IMG/VR virus record: IMGVR_UViG_3300031555_004779
Origin: a virus
Taxonomy: Duplodnaviria > Heunggongvirae > Uroviricota > Caudoviricetes
DNA: 64,000 nt
Reading direction: 5' to 3' (one strand)
Shown here: positions 61,243 through 64,000 of the stretch, one piece after another
How the letters are laid out: each line of letters starts with the position of its first letter
Position numbering within the stretch: the stretch's first letter is position 1
Translations under genes and position numbers: made by a program
The notes under the pieces: generated by a model
What the model saw: the letters and a program-made list of their open reading frames with translations, nothing else
What the model was told of the DNA's origin: nothing
Databases searched by the model: none

Positions 61243-61999
61243 TCGTGTAATTGATTGTAAGAAATACGCAGACAATATTCTAAACTCCATTTCTGGTGAT
61301 GGCCGTCTTGCTATTATTAGTGTTGGAGAAAATGCCGCGTCAGAAGCATATATGCGCGGCAAGCAGAAAGATTGTGACCGCGTAGAATTTCATTGTTCTC
61401 GTCATCATTTTCCTAACGGCACACTACAGAGTGCGATTGTTGATACGATTAGCATTTTAAATGAAGATGAACGAGTAACTGGTATTATTATTCAGTTGCC
61501 TCTCCCCGAAGGATATGATGAAGAATATCTTACTAGTTTGGTCTATCCCGAAAAGGACGTGGATGGTTTTGTAGAAGGTAGCCACTTTCAGCCTTGTACG
61601 CCCGAAGGTGTAATTTACATTGCTGAGCAAGAAGTGGGCGACCTTACCGGTAAGAATGTTGTAATTATTGGACGAGGAAAACTTGTTGGTCGTCCGTTGG
61701 TACAGATGATGATTGATAAGAATGCTACTGTGTCTGTTTGTCATAGTAAAACTTCGGAGAATACAATAAAATATCTTACCGAAAAAGCGGACGTTATTGT
61801 TGTTGCTACTGGTACTCCAGAAAGATGGCTCTTTAATAATTCTAATGCTATCGTAATTGATTGTGGCATTAGTCGTAATGCTGAAGGAAAACTTGTTGGC
61901 GATGTAGCCTATACTCCTGGCCGTTGTACTCCCGTGCCCGGTGGTGTTGGACTTATGACGAGAGCAATACTGATGAAGCATGTAGAAAGGAAAAAGTAA
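61220..61999 (+). CDS. folD: bifunctional 5,10-methylene-tetrahydrofolate dehydrogenase / 5,10-methenyl-tetrahydrofolate cyclohydrolase
   Basis: Motifs GIIIQLPLP, IGRGKLVGRPL and TPVPGGVGLMT match FolD hallmarks. The start is probably TTG at 61220 after GGTGGGTG. Confidence 0.8.
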   Translation: MTKESLGNRVIDCKKYADNILNSISGDGRLAIISVGENAASEAYMRGKQKDCDRVEFHCSRHHFPNGTLQSAIVDTISILNEDERVTGIIIQLPLPEGYDEEYLTSLVYPEKDVDGFVEGSHFQPCTPEGVIYIAEQEVGDLTGKNVVIIGRGKLVGRPLVQMMIDKNATVSVCHSKTSENTIKYLTEKADVIVVATGTPERWLFNNSNAIVIDCGISRNAEGKLVGDVAYTPGRCTPVPGGVGLMTRAILMKHVERKK

Positions 62000-62172
62000 T
62001 GGAAGATATTAGTTTAGCCACAGATATTTGGCTACAATTTTTTAATAAAAATAAAGACCAAATGTATACAACGCTTAGTCAAGATAATGTTAATACTATG
62101 ATTAACTATCTCAATGCGGTAGAAAGCGTCATCATGGACTATCGGCGTGAGCGAGGAGATTTTAGTTGGTGA
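61999..62172 (+). CDS. hypothetical small protein (ends DFSW)
   Basis: ATGA overlap with the folD stop. Confidence 0.35.
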   Translation: MEDISLATDIWLQFFNKNKDQMYTTLSQDNVNTMINYLNAVESVIMDYRRERGDFSW

Positions 62173-62189
62173 GAAGCGCGCTTGATGTA

Positions 62190-62378
62190 ATGCGAGATAG
62201 TGTTCAATCTTGGACTGTTGGATATGGAGAATACCAATACCCGACTTACACAATTGAAGGTGGCGGTCCAAAGTTTTTGGAATTTATTGAATGGCTAAAA
62301 CGTACTCCATATAAAGAATACGTATATGAACCTGTTGAACCAGTAAAGGAGCCAAAGGATGAAGGCATTAGTTGGTGA
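62190..62378 (+). CDS. hypothetical small protein (ends GISW)
   Basis: Weak RBS. Its C-terminus resembles that of the upstream ORF. Confidence 0.3.
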   Translation: MRDSVQSWTVGYGEYQYPTYTIEGGGPKFLEFIEWLKRTPYKEYVYEPVEPVKEPKDEGISW

Positions 62379-62568
62379 GAGTTATCCTCTTTATTATAAA
62401 TATAAAGACTTAACTTATTTGGATGCAATGAATTTAGATTATCGTCTTTCCGAATTGGACGATATGGGAGCATTTTCCGCCACAGAATATATTGTAATTA
62501 AACGAGCATTGGAAAATACTTATCCATCATATAAACGATGGAGAGAAAGGAATATTAAAAATGGCTAA
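62359..62568 (+). CDS. hypothetical small protein
   Basis: ORF track entry. Confidence 0.35.
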   Translation: MKALVGESYPLYYKYKDLTYLDAMNLDYRLSELDDMGAFSATEYIVIKRALENTYPSYKRWRERNIKNG

Positions 62569-62971
62569 ATATGTTCACCGTAGTGGTTTTGTTGAGGCAG
62601 AACTAACTACAAATGGAACCTATATTATTAATGGTTCTACCTATATGACTGCCGAGCAGTTTAAACAAGAATTTATTGAGTTCCCTGAATCCCGAATTGG
62701 TGAGTGGCTTTTCTTTTCAAATCGTCCAGTCGACCTAACTAAAGAACGCTATAAAGGGCTTCATGAGTCTTGGGGCGAATGCTTTGAAAGTGGCTTTGAA
62801 TGCTCTATTTGCGGTGGTGTGGGAACTGCCGGCATGGGACCGCGAGGCGACATTCCTGAACAAGACAATTGGTCTATTGAAGATGAACGCTCACCTTTTT
62901 GTCCTCATTGTGGTGCTAAAATGAAATATTGGAATGAAACTTATGAAGAATGGAAGGAAAGAAAAAGATGA
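62561..62971 (+). CDS. Zn-ribbon protein (CSICGG..CPHCGAKM)
   Basis: ORF track entry. Confidence 0.4.
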   Translation: MAKYVHRSGFVEAELTTNGTYIINGSTYMTAEQFKQEFIEFPESRIGEWLFFSNRPVDLTKERYKGLHESWGECFESGFECSICGGVGTAGMGPRGDIPEQDNWSIEDERSPFCPHCGAKMKYWNETYEEWKERKR

Positions 62972-63126
62972 AATATTTTTTGCCTTTAACTAATGGTATG
63001 ATTATTGGTTCTGGTTTATATTTGCTTTATGAAATGTTTATTGGTTACGGCAACGTAATTGAAATCGCAGGCTTATTTGTTTTTAGCCTTATTTGTCGCG
63101 CCGTAGCCGGTATTTGGGAGAAGTAA
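62968..63126 (+). CDS. small membrane protein (two transmembrane helices)
   Basis: ATGA overlap with the upstream gene. Confidence 0.35.
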   Translation: MKYFLPLTNGMIIGSGLYLLYEMFIGYGNVIEIAGLFVFSLICRAVAGIWEK

Positions 63127-63127
63127 A

Positions 63128-63379
63128 ATGGAAGAAAAACGAGAACTTACTTGTCGCGATTGCGGGAATGTAGAAACTATTTATTATTGTAAAGCGCTTG
63201 CGACAGAAATTGAAAATGAGAAGAAACTCGTTGAATGCCCCTATAGCCATAATTGGCAACGCGGCAATGCTCTATATATTTGGTATTGCCCCGAATGTGG
63301 CAATCAGTTATTGGCAGTGACCCCACCTGAAAAATGTCCTGAATGTAATACCCTTCTTGGAAGAAAAAATGTAAAATAA
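63128..63379 (+). CDS. triple CxxC Zn-ribbon protein
   Basis: CRDCG, CPYSH, CPECG and CPECN motifs. Confidence 0.4.
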   Translation: MEEKRELTCRDCGNVETIYYCKALATEIENEKKLVECPYSHNWQRGNALYIWYCPECGNQLLAVTPPEKCPECNTLLGRKNVK

Positions 63380-63394
63380 AGGAGAGAAAGAATT

Positions 63395-63604
63395 ATGGGT
63401 TTTCTAGTTATTTGTGTATGGTTTTGTTTCCTATCTTATGTTGTTGGTGTAGTAGTTGGTGAACATCGCTCTGATCGCTATTGGCGTGAAAAGTGGTGGG
63501 AACTTCGTGAAGAATATATAAGCGAATACCCCGAATCTTTTGAGGATGACCCCGATGACGACGACGATGACGAGGAAGAGGAAGATGAGTCTACTAGGGA
63601 CTAA
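63395..63604 (+). CDS. small membrane protein with a poly-acidic tail
   Basis: RBS AAGGAGAGAAAG. Confidence 0.4.
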   Translation: MGFLVICVWFCFLSYVVGVVVGEHRSDRYWREKWWELREEYISEYPESFEDDPDDDDDDEEEEDESTRD

Positions 63605-63788
63605 TTGTACCAATTGTCGTAATAATGATTGTTGTTCTCTAATATTAGGTTTTCGTACTGCTTGGTGTAAAATTGAAAGTCTATATGAAAATTTGACAAA
63701 AGAATTTTATTGTGGTACAATAACAATGAAATGTGATAATTATAGTCAGAAAGAAGAAAATAATAATGAATATGGATATGGACTTTGA
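63585..63788 (+). CDS. Cys-rich small protein
   Basis: RBS GAGGAAGAGGAAG. Overlaps the upstream gene. Confidence 0.3.
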   Translation: MSLLGTNCTNCRNNDCCSLILGFRTAWCKIESLYENLTKEFYCGTITMKCDNYSQKEENNNEYGYGL

Positions 63789-64000
63789 TAAAAAAGAACT
63801 GGCAAAAGAACTTGTTCACGCATGGGAAGAGGAACGAATAATTCTTCTTCCTGTGCCGATTGGCACAAAGGTTTGGCGTGTTCATTGTTCTTATGTGCCT
63901 AAAAGTGATAACAAAAGTATTTACCGTAGTTGGGAAAAAACTTATGTTTATGATGAAGAAAAATATGAATTGTCTATGTATAACGCCGTAGATATTTATT
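63766..64000 (+). CDS. hypothetical protein (3' partial, runs off the window end)
   Basis: Open frame to the window end. Confidence 0.3.
   Translation, partial: MNMDMDFDKKELAKELVHAWEEERIILLPVPIGTKVWRVHCSYVPKSDNKSIYRSWEKTYVYDEEKYELSMYNAVDIY

Overview
This window is part of a tailed dsDNA phage (or prophage) genome. Its promoter, ribosome-binding-site and regulator features point to a Firmicutes-like host. It has four blocks.

(1) 1-19.5 kb, minus strand: a virion morphogenesis module. It contains a large terminase, portal, scaffold, major capsid, tail proteins and a tape-measure gene of more than 1800 codons that runs off the left edge.

(2) 19.5-20.1 kb: a divergent control region with outward-facing sigma70-type promoters.

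(3) 20.1-39.5 kb, mostly plus strand: an unusually regular array of about 35 small early genes built as about 30 promoter cassettes. Each cassette is a conserved 19-bp perfect palindrome (CTATATGTTwAACATATAG), then a TTGACA/TATAAT promoter, a GGAGG ribosome-binding site, one to three small ORFs, a TAA stop and a hairpin. Two cassettes are inverted. One cassette carries no ORF and looks like a non-coding RNA gene.

A three-tRNA cluster (Met, Leu-UAA, Lys-UUU) sits in the middle of the array. Recognisable products include an AbrB/SpoVT-like regulator, an SPFH/band-7 protein, a HAD 5'-nucleotidase-like protein, a nucleoside 2-deoxyribosyltransferase-like protein, a DEDDh exonuclease and a three-member paralog family.

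(4) 39.5-64 kb, plus strand: an ArpU/Alt-like late regulator, an AT-rich region dense with direct repeats, six tail-fibre-like genes that share an N-terminal anchor domain (one is a continuous frame of about 2300 codons), a DegT-family aminotransferase, FolD and small Cys-rich proteins.

The most striking feature is that the amber codon TAG is used as a sense codon, evidently glutamine, in the structural and late genes. These genes are split into same-frame ORF fragments separated by single TAGs. The early cassette genes avoid TAG and stop with TAA. Late genes are also AT-rich and heavy in TTA/AAA codons, matching the phage tRNAs. No amber-suppressor tRNA lies in this window.
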